From contig MU054323.1 of the NCBI GenBank assembly GCA_013239625.1, positions 3,958,161 through 4,022,160 on the forward strand: 64,000 nt of DNA, read 5' to 3'. Under the pieces are notes generated by a model that had not been told where the DNA came from, did no database searches, and was given only the letters and a program-made list of their open reading frames with translations. Shown one piece after another: positions 35,201 through 45,257 of this stretch; the stretch's first letter is position 1, and each line of letters starts with the position of its first letter. Made by a program: the position numbers and the translations under genes. The DNA is from Lama guanicoe. Its lineage: Eukaryota.

Positions 35201-38200
35201 GTAAAGTGATGGGGCTAAGAAAAAAAGGGCAGAGAAAGTTATAAAGATCACTTTCTAGGCAGCTAAAATATCCTTGGCCCGTGGCGTTCCCTCTGCCAGG
35301 AATTCCCCTTATTCACTATCCAAATCCAACCAACTTCCAAAACCCCACTCAGATCCCTAGAACTAGGAAGCCTTCCCTCCAATCATTTTCCACTGGAGAA
35401 GCACCACGGGGGAAAGTCTGAAGAAGGACCCTCTGGACTCAACACCCACAGAGGACTGTGGTCCTTTGGTCAGAGCACAGAACATGCCAGGCAAGCACCC
35501 CTTCAGTCCTGAGACCCTTCTCTCCCCTTCACAGCACTAAGAGCCAGCGCATGGAAGTAAAGAGAAGTCACTGTATTGTTTGCCTGAGTTCTCTTTCCTC
35601 TAGCCTACGAGCTTCCAGAAGGCAGACTTCTTTTCCTCTCAAACTTTCCAGGGTACCCCTAATAGGACTAGGAACTAGAAGATACGCATCAAAATGTGGG
35701 AAATATTTCCCTCCTATTTTAATACACAAATACTTATCTACCTTGGATGCAATGTATGTATGTGTGTGTTGCCCATGGAACTTGAGACATCTTAATTGAT
35801 ATTTCTTTGTCCAGCAAATGTTAGTTGATTGAGTAATTGATTAACTGGCTTGAAATTTCAATGGTCCCTGAGATTCTTTGGCCAAGGTCTGAGCTGTCTA
35901 CGATTAATTTATAACCTGTGAGAGACTGAGATGTGATGGGTAAAAAAATACCTGGACACCTCGATGAGCTTTGGCAAGAGGGATGCGACTGCCTCACTGC
36001 TGAGGCCTCTCAGCTCGGTCACCAGTTTATAGAAGAGGTTGGCTCTCTGGGCGTTCTGCTCGGAGTCGTGCAGTTTCTGCAGCTCCTGGAGGGTCTGCAG
36101 GATGGCCTCTGCCTGCTTTGGAGGTGACGTGGACTTGGTGCTCTCAAAGGCAAGACCCACCGCCTCGGGACCTGGAAGGAGGGGCATGTCAGAGGGATTC
36201 CGGCTTACCTTCACATCTCAGCCACAGCTCGGTCTACTGGAAACTGGAGGCTGCGGAGGGGTCAGCAAAGGGGAGAGGGAAAGAGAACGATCCTGTGCTC
36301 AGTGTCTGACTTCTGTGTTTCACTGACTCATCGTACTCTCCCTGTGGGTGGCAGTATTCCTCTATTTAAAGACAAGGGAACCCAGAGGTGAGACACTCGC
36401 CCAGCCCAGGAACTTTCTGGGTGTGACGGGCAGAGCTGGAATTGAATCCAGGCTTGTGTGAATCAGGTATCAGATGACCCTTTTGCCTGAAAGAGCTGGT
36501 GAGGAGGTGCTGCTGCTCATGCGGTGACTACAGCTGTGGTTAGACTCACTGAAGCTCACCCATCCTTTCGTCCAGTTGGGTCTAATGGCAGTTTGTGGGA
36601 GAGAGGAAGACCCTTTTGTGTCCCCTCCTTCGTCCTGCTCTCACCTATGAAGTCAGCATGGAAATGTCACGCAAGAGAAGGAATCCTGGCTTAGATGAGA
36701 CCTGGAGGCCCATTTTGCACTGCCTCCGATAGCCTGTGACCTATAACACATGACTAAGCCCCTCTGCGTCATTTCCCCCTCTGTAGAATGGGTATAAAAG
36801 CACACGATGCTACCACATGACATCACTGGTTGCTGAGAACGATAAGGTAAGGCATAAGAAAGATTCAAACACAAGGCCAGAGCAGGGCTAGGGCTGGTCT
36901 GGAGATCTCTAATGTTCCTTCAGCCTTGTCACGGGGTGTCTGAGGCGGTCAGGTCTACCAGAGGAAGGCTTAGGGGGTCAGTTTCCTGCTTACAAAAACG
37001 CGGGAGCTGTGGGGAGCTCCTCCTTTCCCTTTACCCCGCTGCCATCTGAACTTATGAAACGAATATACTGTCTCACCAGAATCGCCCACAGGCTGACCTC
37101 GAGAGCCGTGACGTTTCACAGGGCCCAGCAAGGAGCTCAGCCATGGTGGGTACGTCGTGGACAGACTTCCCTGCCCCAGTCACCATGCGCACATAAAGTC
37201 TCACCTTCATCAAAGAAGCGGCTGTTGATCCTGGGTGTGTCTTCAAGTTTCAAAGTCTGTGAAACCTGTGTCATCATCCCATACTTATTCCTGGTAACAA
37301 AGGAGGCACATCATGTCCGGAGGGCCAGCTCCCCGGGGCGCTCCATTCTTCTCATGTCCAGCGCTTCTCCCATCTCCGCTTCTACCCAAGTCCTGCTCAC
37401 CTTTCAAACCACAGGTAAACCCAGCTGTCCTTGGCTCCCCAGTGAACAGCACCACCTCCTTCTGGTCATGCTGGCTGTCATTCCATCAGAAGGACACATG
37501 TACTTTACACCCCCCGCCATTCTGGAGTGCCCAGAGGGAATGGACAAACACTGTGCTTCGAAATTCCTTTGTATCTCCCACAGCACAGTGCCAAGAATGT
37601 GGCAGTTACTCAATAAATACTAGTTGACCAACCTGGTTCAAAATGGATTTGGATACTCAATTCTCTAGTCCAATTCTTAAATCTTCCACGAAGCCTTTCT
37701 AACCAGGGCAGCCTGCCATTGATGCCCAGTGTTTCCTCATCTACGGCCCTTAAATCTGGGTCTCAGGTATCTTGTGTTGGTTTCAAATTGTTTTGCACGC
37801 CTAAGATTTTCCTACCAAACTGCCAGTTAACTTGAAAAGGGGAAACGGGGATGGGCTCTGCTTTGCATCTCTTCACAGTCCCCTCCCAGGCACAGCCTAG
37901 CTTTGAACAGGCATCTGAGAAGCATTCAGCTCACAGCGACCCCATAAATGACCGGAGCCATTAGTAGGGGTGCAGCAGGTGACCTACTTGTAGGAGAAAG
38001 GCAGGAACAGGTGTTGCTCCTTGCAGATGACTTCCGACACGTGCTTGCTTTCGGGGTCCAGGGTGTACTGGCAGGACTGGCTGCTGCCAATCAGGGTTGA
38101 CAAGGGGCGGGTCTATGAATGAGATCAGGGAACAAGCATGTTCATCAGTCCCTGGGGCTTGGACCTGAGACTCCTGCCAAAGGCATTTACTTTCAGGGAA

Positions 38201-41200
38201 GAGGGTAGGGGAATGGGAGTTCTGTACCACTGGGTAAACTCAGTTAAAGAAGAGAGCTTGGTACTTGAGCTTTTGACAAGGGGATGCAGCAACTCGGCAT
38301 ACCCCAGCTGAGCTAAGCTATTGACGCTTTTTATTCCACCCCAATGGACCCCTAATCCTGCACAAAGTATATATAACCTGAGATCCTACACATGCCTGTC
38401 CTTCCACGCATGAACACTTCACATGCTGCTGCTCCTTGCATTTTCTTTGCCTAGAAGTTTTCTCTGAGATTCCTACTACCTCTAACATTCCAGAATCGAA
38501 ATAATGAGGAGGCTGCGGCTAGTGTGAGCAGCAGTGCGGATGTGAAACGTACCATGCCCCTGATCAAAGCAAGCGGGCTAACTCCTGTGCGAATGGGCTG
38601 GAAGTTGTCACACTTCTCCAGGTTTCTTTCGATGGATATTTCAGTTGTCACACTTCCCTTCCTCGTTTTAACGGTAATGTCACTGGAGCAGTTTCCATAC
38701 ACGGTATCCTATGGGAGCAGAAGATACCACAGGTGCATTCAACTTGGGGAAACATCTTTCGTAGCTTGGGGTGGGGCTGGGAAAGGAACCTGGGAGAAAA
38801 AGCAGGAGCAACGTGGATTTAGGAGAAAGTTGCATCCTCTTGGGCAGAGTGTGGGCATTGCTGGTTCCTGGGCAGCCAGAGTTGGGGCGAGAAAACCAGG
38901 TAAGGGTGGTTCTGGCGATCCCCGAGGAGAGGCCTCTGCAGGATGCAGCTCTGTGTTCTCTAAGTACAGCGCCGTACACAACTCAGAACACAGTAAGGGC
39001 TCAAAAATGCTCGTGGGACGGAAGTCAATAGAATTAACTCTCAGATCAAAACCTGAAATTCTTAAAAGAGCCTGGCAAACAGATTGAATTATTTTCTGTG
39101 TTTAAAACAAAATTATTTACTGTGTTACGCCTTGTGGTAATAAAACAAAATCAAAGGAGTAGCATGATCAGGACGCCCCCAAAACTGGCTGAAAAGTAGA
39201 CCCAACCTGAGAAGGCTAATTGGGATGATGGTCCCTCAGTGGGCCCAGAGCCCAGGGGGCGCCTCGGGCACGGTGCTTCACACCAATACAGGGCCTCCTG
39301 TGTAACCCGCCACGCACGCAGCAGAGTCAGTGATCCACTCCATGTACAATATGTGAAGATGAGTTACCAGGGCCTCTCTTACTGGCTTTCGAGATTTCTC
39401 ACCAGAAATAACACTTGTTTAGCCTCTTCTGTCTCCGGGGGAAGCAGGAGGGCAGAAATGATGCCTCTCTTGATGTTCAGGATGTGTTTAGGCTCGTCCT
39501 TCTCTGGGTAAAGTACCACTCGCTTCCCTTCAGGAACAGCCAGCTTGAGCTCGTACCTGCCCCGGAGACAGTGTGGTCACAGGGGTGTCTTCTCTCCACT
39601 GGGAGCCTATTGGATGTCAGCTGCGTGGCTTTGCAGCCTCCTTTTTGCTTGCTTTTCTTTTCGCATCTTTTCTTTATAAATGTATCTATACAGTGTACAT
39701 ACCTTTTCATAAAGGTACACAAACGTGTACGCATTTGGTATTCTTTCATTTCTTCCCCTCTTTGGCTTGGCTTACCCGTCCCCTGTCCGTTTTCTACCTA
39801 CATCAGTCTCTGGCCATGCTCCCTGCAGAACCACCTCCGGGGCGTTCCATTTGTGTCCCCACACTCAGACAATCCTACACAGAGTGTGGGGTGAGAATAT
39901 CTACAGAGAAAGGTTTCATCATTGCTTGTTTTACCCAAATGGTATTTTATTATATACTTTTCTTTTTTTTTTTTATATTGAAGTACCACTAGTTACAATG
40001 TGTCAATTTCTGGTGCACAGCACAATGTCCCAGTCATGCATATACATACATATTCATTTTCCTATTTTTTTCATTAAAGGTTATTACAAGATATTGAACA
40101 TAGTTCCCTGTGCTATACAGCAGAAACGGTTTTCTTTTAATCTATTTTTATATACAGTGGCTAACACTTGTACACCTTTCTTTATCGTGCTTTTCTCAAC
40201 TCTACTCCGTGAAAATCCTTCTGAGTCCGCTGATAGAGCTCTGACAGATTCTTTTTTAACAGTTGTATAAAATTCTATTCTATGGTTATATATGATTTAC
40301 TGAGACATTCCCCTATTTGATGGCATTCACTTTCTCTCTTCCTGGATTTTTTAATTTTAATTTTTTTTTTCGCCACCCAAACAACACTGAAATAAACATC
40401 CTTATGCATATAGCTTCACACATTACTGCCTTTCTTTTCATGGGCTACAGACTCAGACTTTGAAACTGCTGTGTCAAGGGCTACAAGTACGTTTAATCAT
40501 AATAGATATTGACTAGTGGTACTCATTCCCACCCACAACGCGTGAGGGTACACTCCTCTTAGGCTTGCCAACAACCAGTGCTACAGCTGTTTTAAATTCC
40601 TATAGTCTTACGGGTGTAAGATGATAAATATCTTGTTGTTACATTAATTTGCATTTCCTGACCACTAGTGAGTTTCAGCTTTTCATACATTTGTTCGATA
40701 TTCACTCTGTTATATGATCTCAGGCTATATCTAAAGCTTGGGTCAACTTTGATCTTGGGGACCTTTCTTTGGGGACTTCCTTAGAGGGTGTCAAAGGGTC
40801 TGGCTGCACCTGCTCCAGTTAAGTCAGAAGAAAGAAAAGGAAACCAGGCACGTTTCCCAGAGCTCTGCACTGTCTCAGAAAGTTCCAGACACTGTGATGC
40901 AGGCTTACAAAAAAGCCTTGAGGTCACAAGCAGGAGTCCCTCAACACAACAATGTAGACTGACTATACATCAATAAAAATATATATACACAAAAAAAGCT
41001 GATACTGTAAAACAATAAGAAGAAAACATCTTGGAGTAAATAAAACCAAAATCCTGGAAATCACAAAATAAAAAAAATTTAACTACGTATAAATATTAAA
41101 AAATTGAACATGGAAAAATACAAACACAATAATAAGAAAATAGCAAACTGAAAACAAAATATTTCCAACATATATAGTAGAATCCTAATCTCCATAAAAT

Positions 41201-44200
41201 AGAAAATGAATTCTACTTATAAAAAGATCAAAACTCCAATAGAAAAATGAGCAAGTGCAAAAACAGACTTCATAGGAAAAAATGGATAATGGACGCTTAA
41301 GAAAACATTCAACTTCAGCTATAATTAAATAAATGATAATTAAAATAAGAATTTTAAATAAATAATTTTTTGGGGAAAAAAAGCAGGAGTCCTTTTGTTT
41401 GGAGTAGGGTAAGGACCAAAAAGGAACTATACTCCCTTCTGTCACTGCACGCCCCCTCCCTTGGGTCTAGGATAAAACATGACGTATTGGTGAGAGACAG
41501 AAGCATCCAGGCCTATTCTGGCTTCTAAGTCTAATGTTTATTAACAAATTGAAAGATAGGCAGGGGGGCAGTTTCTGATGACCAAATCCACAAATCCATG
41601 ACTGCCTGTATCCACACATACTTCTACAAACTATGATCTGGAGATGAGGTAGGGGTGAAATTCAAAAAAATCTGAAAACCAGTATGACATGGACACTGGC
41701 CAGTCAGAGAGATGCCGGCTGTACACAGCAGGAATGGCCCGGGCACTGTGCACTGGCAGAATGCCGGCCCTGGTGGGACAGTGGCTCAGGCCGTGGCTCT
41801 CCCTAGACTCCTTGAAGCTGGTGTTCGGCTTCCCTGCACTGCCTGCCATGTTTGGCCACAGCAACAAGTCCTCCCGGGACCCTTTCTGAAGACCACCAGG
41901 TACTGTCTTGCTTTATTTTTTAAACACGCATTCACTTGTTAAAACAAATCATTTCAGCTTTCTTGTCTCAAGGAATTTTTTTTAAAGCATGAGATCTTTT
42001 GGAAGCACATTTAAATGAGAATTAGGGGAAGCTCACTAGGGGAGGGTAAATACTGCTTCCCTCTTTTTGATTATTGTGAGAGCTCAGCTGATCCACGGTG
42101 AACAGAGAATACAAACTTATTCTCACATACGTGCCTAACATAAACACACACATCCACACCTTAGTGGACACACACATACTCACACGCAACATGTGCGGTG
42201 ACGCCCAGAGCTCAGAAATTTCAGTGCTCGGGCCCACGTCTTACCTGGACATGGCGGCGGCAAACTCCTCAGAGTTCTTGGCCTTCTTCAGCAAGGCCTT
42301 GCCCTCAGGGTTGAAGCCATACACCTCTTTCAGGGTGCACTGGCTCGTATTCAGGATAAAGTTGCAGAATTGAGGGACCTTCAGCTCAACCTGAGAAGAG
42401 AAGGTAACGGCACATCAAGACTCTCCACCCAGAGCACAAGATCCCTCCCTCCGCCCAGGACTTTCTGCCCTTTTCCCTGGCTCGGGGTACCAAGTTTCTG
42501 ACGTCCTCCCCTCTGTATTTTTGTAAAGGACAAAATTTTATTGGTTCTAAATGCACTCACGTTAGTCATAAGGAGGTACAGCTGGTTGGAAGAAATGCAG
42601 CCTAAGAGTGAGAGTTAGGAAGAAAACCAGGAGGCTAGCATTGGCTTCAACAGCATATGTTTCCTTAATGGGACCAGAAAAACCCAAAATCCAAAACCAT
42701 CTGTATCTATCAGGGCCCCTCCAGAGCGTCACAGACAGCTGGACTTTAAGCCCTAGTCATCATCCAGCACTGTTTATGAAGAACCTTCTGCAGTGATGGA
42801 AACATTCTCCATTTGCATTATCCAACCTGGGAGCCACTGGGTGGCTACTGGACACTTGAACTGAGGCTCTGTGACTAAGCAACGGAATTTTTACTTTTAT
42901 TCAATTTAAACAGCCACATGTGGCTCCTGGCTACCTTATCTGACGGCACAGACTCGGGAGCCCTGGGAAGAAGACGACCCAGCCGGAGTTCTCGTTCCCA
43001 GACAAACCCCAGGAGAGGCCCCTAGGTCTGTTCCATAGGAACATGGATATGAGTATAGTCAGTCTCAACAACAAGCAAAGTCTTATTTGAGAATAAACTA
43101 CATGTTTAAATTTTCCATTTTCCATTCGTTTTTAGTAGCAGATACTGTTGGACTTAGGTTATAAAAACCGCACTCCAGAATGCTTTCCTGAGGTGCCCAC
43201 CTCCCTCGGCTCACCCACCGGACACGTCGCAACACGTTAAATCTACTGGTGTGCAACACGGATGTTCTGGGTCACCCGCTGCAATTACGTCTTGGAAGCG
43301 AATGGGGAGATATGTGTGGTGGGTAAAATTTTCAATGGGGGACAACATCTCAGCAAAGTGGCCGACTTTCCCAGCACTTTAAGATTACAACAGTCCTGGC
43401 GTGAGCTGGGTTTGCTAAGCCCTGGGCTCCAGGGTCCCCTCCATCTCCCCTCACACCTTGCAGTGGATCTTGGTGGAGCTTCTTGAATCGGCAGTCCCGG
43501 GGACGCCACTGGAACTCTCTGCCTTGTAGTCGTACACGTATTTCCTGAAGTGCTTGAATCGTGTTGCATCTTCTGCAATGAGGGGAATTAAGTCAGCCAC
43601 AGAGCAGAAATAACTTGCCTGAGGACAGTCATTCCTGGGCAGAGAAGGGTAGTGGCATAGATAATCAAAAGTGGTAATTAAACTCAAATTATTTTTAATT
43701 GACTTTGCCTTGCACTTAATTTTCCTTTATGGATTTAACTCCTCCATTATAGTTTTGCTGAGGGTAACATTTAAATGAGCTGACATTCCTTGAATATAGT
43801 ATCTGAGGTGCACGGCAGGGGGTGTCAAGTGATAAGAGTCAGAAAGTCTACAAGACAGACTCCTTGGAAAATGGAGGGTTGTCAGCATGAAGTAAGGATC
43901 TTTCATTGCCTTTTCAGCTTGAAAATACCATTATTCTGTGGCTCTTTTTTGGTTCTACCAAATACCTGAGGCAAAGTACATTAACTATTAGGGGTATCTG
44001 GCTCACTTAAAAAATCTCCAAGAAGGAATTTCTGGAGGTTTCCACTGTGATTGAGAGGAATTTTCTGAACAATTTGAGAAAAAGAACATTTGGATCATGA
44101 ACCCAGATGCAGTGATGCAAGATGCCCACGAGATGGCAGTGCTGCCCCATAAGAGGCCTCCCACTCAGCACACTGGGTACCACTGCAAGGCCAGCTTCCT

Positions 44201-45020
44201 TGACCCCTAGGGGTCAGGTAAATACAAAGGGGTGGGGGTCTGGATTTCTGCACAAAGGTTAAAGTCAGCATTTCCTCCCCTCCTGTGCTTCAAATTAATG
44301 ATTAACCCCTGACAAACAGGACAGTGATGTCTCTATAAAATTTCCGTGGACCAACAGAATGACAGTCCCTTCCCCACTCTCCCCCAACACCAAGCTTCTG
44401 GGACAGATCAGAAGGTCATGTAAAAGAGAGCTGAGACCCCTCAGAGGTGGGCAGAAGCTCAAGGAACGGGCTTCTTGGGCTCAGAACAGTGTACACCAAT
44501 CACAGCATCACAGCATTTCAGTGACCCGAGGTGCAGAGGGATGGGCTGGGGGGCTGGGCAATGACGTACTTGGACAGCTGGGCCTGACACTTTCCTGCAC
44601 TTCATCTCCTGTAAGAAAAGGAGAAAGACAACTGAGTTTTCCCTTTCTTCCAGATGGGTCTTAGGGTCTGACAGGGAGGAACACTGAATAGGACTTTGAT
44701 CTTTTGGGAAGGAAGCAAATTCTGAAGAACCGAATCCCAGCTCCACCCCCGCCCCCGACCCCATCCTGAGGCTGGAGGAGCCACCCAGTTGGTCCCGTGC
44801 CCCTGCCCCCTGCCCCTCTGGCTGCTTTCCCCCTAACCCGGGCCCAAGCTGTCCCAGCCACCTCCCCTGCCCTGGCTTCCACCCCTGGGCTCTGATTCTC
44901 GCCCCGACCCCCAGCCCCGCACCGCGGCCGCGCTGGGCGGCCTCACTCACTGGCTCGGGCGCCGGCGGCCGCCAGCAGCAGCAGCAGCAGCAGCGGCAGC
45001 CGGGGCCTCGGCGGGCCCAT
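6673..45020 (-). CDS. APOB: Apolipoprotein B-100 precursor, 29 coding exons, 13,707 nt / 4,568 aa (span of spliced CDS)
   Basis: Translated exons match ApoB ([46 protein letters not shown]). Exon lengths sum to a multiple of 3 with consistent phases, and exons 2-25, 27 and 28 equal the recalled human exon sizes. Confidence 0.99.
9202..9385 (-). CDS. APOB: APOB exon 28 (184 nt)
   Basis: [13 protein letters not shown]...SPAIGTVG...LYYQPQ; AG/GT. Confidence 0.95.
9482..9596 (-). CDS. APOB: APOB exon 27 (115 nt)
   Basis: [41 protein letters not shown]. Confidence 0.95.
9992..17569 (-). CDS. APOB: APOB exon 26 (7,578 nt giant exon; editing site and LDL-receptor sites A/B)
   Basis: Uninterrupted 2,536-aa ORF; ttAG|GATCTGG acceptor, AATG|GTAAGG donor. 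Confidence 0.98.
15233..15253 (-). promoter_or_regulatory. APOBEC1 C-to-U RNA editing cassette (edited C at 15248; mooring sequence 15233-15243)
   Basis: Minus strand TGATA-C-AATT-TGATCAGTATA; the CAA is precursor codon 2176 = mature Gln2153. Confidence 0.95.
18086..18459 (-). CDS. APOB: APOB exon 25 (374 nt)
   Basis: [26 protein letters not shown]...[12 protein letters not shown]. Confidence 0.96.
20161..20306 (-). CDS. APOB: APOB exon 24 (146 nt; not in the ORF track)
   Basis: [48 protein letters not shown]; tAG acceptor, GTAAAA donor. Confidence 0.92.
20776..20963 (-). CDS. APOB: APOB exon 23 (188 nt)
   Basis: [18 protein letters not shown]...SSKLID; AG/GT. Confidence 0.95.
21088..21263 (-). 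CDS. APOB: APOB exon 22 (176 nt)
   Basis: [16 protein letters not shown]...[24 protein letters not shown]. Confidence 0.95.
21470..21655 (+). mobile_element. MIR SINE fragment
   Basis: ttggccaaattattaaattcctctgagc...tttccttgtccataaaacaggg core. Confidence 0.65.
21839..22049 (-). CDS. APOB: APOB exon 21 (211 nt)
   Basis: [34 protein letters not shown]...GHI; AG/GT. Confidence 0.96.
22200..22580 (-). mobile_element. L2 3'-end fragment
   Basis: Reverse-complement L2 tail: aaatatttgc...gtgctaggcactgctctgggcactggg. Confidence 0.65.
22860..24845 (+). mobile_element. L2 element interrupted by the L1 at 23201-24306
   Basis: ccatctcagtaaatggcaaccccatt...; cctcagggcctttgcac...; ends cagtaaatatttgtt. 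Confidence 0.7.
23201..24306 (+). mobile_element. 5'-truncated L1 (ORF2 C-terminus and 3'UTR)
   Basis: [19 protein letters not shown]...[11 protein letters not shown]; 14-bp TSD aa(c/t)agtagcttctt at 23187-23200 / 24307-24320. Confidence 0.93.
24932..25053 (-). CDS. APOB: APOB exon 20 (122 nt), followed by GC donor
   Basis: [17 protein letters not shown]...FVTQAE; donor AAG|GCAAGT keeps frame with exon 21. Confidence 0.93.
25826..26008 (-). CDS. APOB: APOB exon 19 (183 nt)
   Basis: [22 protein letters not shown]...[12 protein letters not shown] (donor GTCAGA). Confidence 0.95.
26990..28010 (+). mobile_element. Degenerate L2 fragments in intron 18
   Basis: gatgagtcccaaatctgtat...; ctgtaagctggagg...cagggacctcgtgcatctcattca; boundaries approximate. 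Confidence 0.55.
28490..28656 (+). mobile_element. tRNA-derived SINE (camelid Vic-1-like) in intron 18
   Basis: A/B boxes, A-rich tail, 11-bp TSD ttctctctttc at 28479-28489 and 28657-28667. Confidence 0.9.
28702..28913 (-). CDS. APOB: APOB exon 18 (212 nt)
   Basis: [20 protein letters not shown]...KLFSG; AG/GT. Confidence 0.96.
29338..29505 (-). CDS. APOB: APOB exon 17 (168 nt)
   Basis: [29 protein letters not shown]...LEVAN; AG/GT. Confidence 0.96.
30227..30380 (+). mobile_element. 5'-truncated L1 tail
   Basis: cagggaactatattca...tataactgactata..cttcaatt + poly-A; perfect 14-bp TSD aaaagatacatcta (30213-30226 / 30381-30394). Confidence 0.88.
30602..30793 (-). CDS. APOB: APOB exon 16 (192 nt)
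   Basis: [17 protein letters not shown]...LQGIPQL; AG/GT. Confidence 0.96.
31425..31580. mobile_element. MER5A-like hAT-Charlie DNA transposon fossil
   Basis: cttctcaaact...cacctggggatct...aaatgcagattctgattcagtag...ctgcatttctaacaagct...accatactttg. Confidence 0.75.
32170..32346 (-). CDS. APOB: APOB exon 15 (177 nt)
   Basis: [25 protein letters not shown]...REQ; AG/GT. Confidence 0.96.
32490..32665 (-). mobile_element. MIR SINE fragment
   Basis: ctaaggttcagagaagataaatag...ggtttgaaccagttccgtctgact. Confidence 0.6.
32930..33167 (-). CDS. APOB: APOB exon 14 (238 nt)
   Basis: [27 protein letters not shown]...ADLFE; AG/GT. Confidence 0.96.
33429..33640 (-). CDS. APOB: APOB exon 13 (212 nt)
   Basis: [10 protein letters not shown]...[11 protein letters not shown]...[14 protein letters not shown]. 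Confidence 0.96.
34354..34500 (-). CDS. APOB: APOB exon 12 (147 nt)
   Basis: [14 protein letters not shown]...[15 protein letters not shown]. Confidence 0.95.
34610..34727 (-). CDS. APOB: APOB exon 11 (118 nt)
   Basis: [43 protein letters not shown]. Confidence 0.95.
34987..35214 (-). CDS. APOB: APOB exon 10 (228 nt)
   Basis: [15 protein letters not shown]...[12 protein letters not shown]. Confidence 0.96.
35952..36171 (-). CDS. APOB: APOB exon 9 (220 nt)
   Basis: [18 protein letters not shown]...LIEVS; AG/GT. Confidence 0.96.
37205..37290 (-). CDS. APOB: APOB exon 8 (86 nt)
   Basis: [32 protein letters not shown]. Confidence 0.96.
37988..38112 (-). CDS. APOB: APOB exon 7 (125 nt)
   Basis: [19 protein letters not shown]...[16 protein letters not shown]. 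Confidence 0.96.
38553..38708 (-). CDS. APOB: APOB exon 6 (156 nt)
   Basis: DTVYGNCSS...[13 protein letters not shown]. Confidence 0.96.
39403..39556 (-). CDS. APOB: APOB exon 5 (154 nt)
   Basis: [11 protein letters not shown]...[11 protein letters not shown]...QVLFL; AG/GT. Confidence 0.96.
39961..40170 (-). mobile_element. 5'-truncated L1 tail in intron 4
   Basis: Poly-T followed by the same L1 3' sequence as 4294 and 30227 (gttacaatgtgtcaatttctggtg...cacaatgtcccagtca). Confidence 0.85.
40200..40700 (-). mobile_element. Old L1M-type fragment
   Basis: aataaacatccttatgcata...; ttaatttgcatttcctgaccactagtga; boundaries approximate. Confidence 0.55.
42245..42390 (-). CDS. APOB: APOB exon 4 (146 nt)
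   Basis: [30 protein letters not shown]...AAMS; AG/GT. Confidence 0.96.
42815..42945. mobile_element. MER3/MER33-like DNA transposon fossil
   Basis: agccactgggtggctactggacacttgaa...agccacatgtggctcctggctacc. Confidence 0.55.
43457..43572 (-). CDS. APOB: APOB exon 3 (116 nt)
   Basis: [13 protein letters not shown]...KIHCK; AG/GT boundaries. Confidence 0.96.
44256..44306. promoter_or_regulatory. Intron 2 enhancer core: HNF1 site (GTTAATCATTAAT on minus, 44294-44306) and HNF4-like AGGTTAAAGTCA
   Basis: One mismatch to the HNF1 palindrome GTTAATNATTAAC, ~+835 from the TSS, where the human intron-2 enhancer lies. Confidence 0.65.
44570..44608 (-). CDS. APOB: APOB exon 2 (39 nt, [13 protein letters not shown])
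   Basis: ttacAG acceptor, GTACGT donor, 39 nt. Confidence 0.92.
44951..45020 (-). CDS. APOB: APOB exon 1 coding part (signal peptide [23 protein letters not shown])
   Basis: GCCATGG Kozak context, 70 nt, followed by donor GTGAGT. Confidence 0.95.
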
Positions 45021-45155
45021 GGCCGACCTGGGCGGCGGCGGCCCCGGAGCCTCGCTGGCTGGGCCTGGCCTCCCCGCTGCTCGCTGGTTCCGCAGGGACC
45101 CGCTCCCACAGGCAGTAGTCCCTGAGCCGGGAATGCGCGGCCAGCGCCCGCGCCC

Positions 45156-45162
45156 TATTTAT
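45156..45162 (-). promoter_or_regulatory. TATA-like box (ATAAATA); predicted TSS ~45134 (ATTCCC)
   Basis: About 28 nt upstream of an ATTCCC start motif resembling the human APOB cap site. Confidence 0.8.
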
Positions 45163-45212
45163 GGGAGGCCGCCCGGCCAGGGCCGCGGCACCGGGGCTGA
45201 AAGCGCCGGGCG

Positions 45213-45257
45213 AATTGCAAAAGGTCCAAAGGGCGGTGTCCGGGCCTGTTTGCTTTT
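45213..45257. promoter_or_regulatory. APOB proximal promoter: overlapping C/EBP (ATTGCAAAA) and HNF4/DR1 (AGGTCCAAAGGGCG) sites plus FOXA site (TGTTTGCTTT)
   Basis: Minus strand CGCCCTTTGGACCTTTTGCAAT matches the well-known APOB liver promoter element. Confidence 0.88.

Noticed and set aside
6673..45020. Possibility that APOB is pseudogenised or truncated
   Set aside because: All 29 exons are present with intact splice sites and consistent phase, and I saw no premature stop
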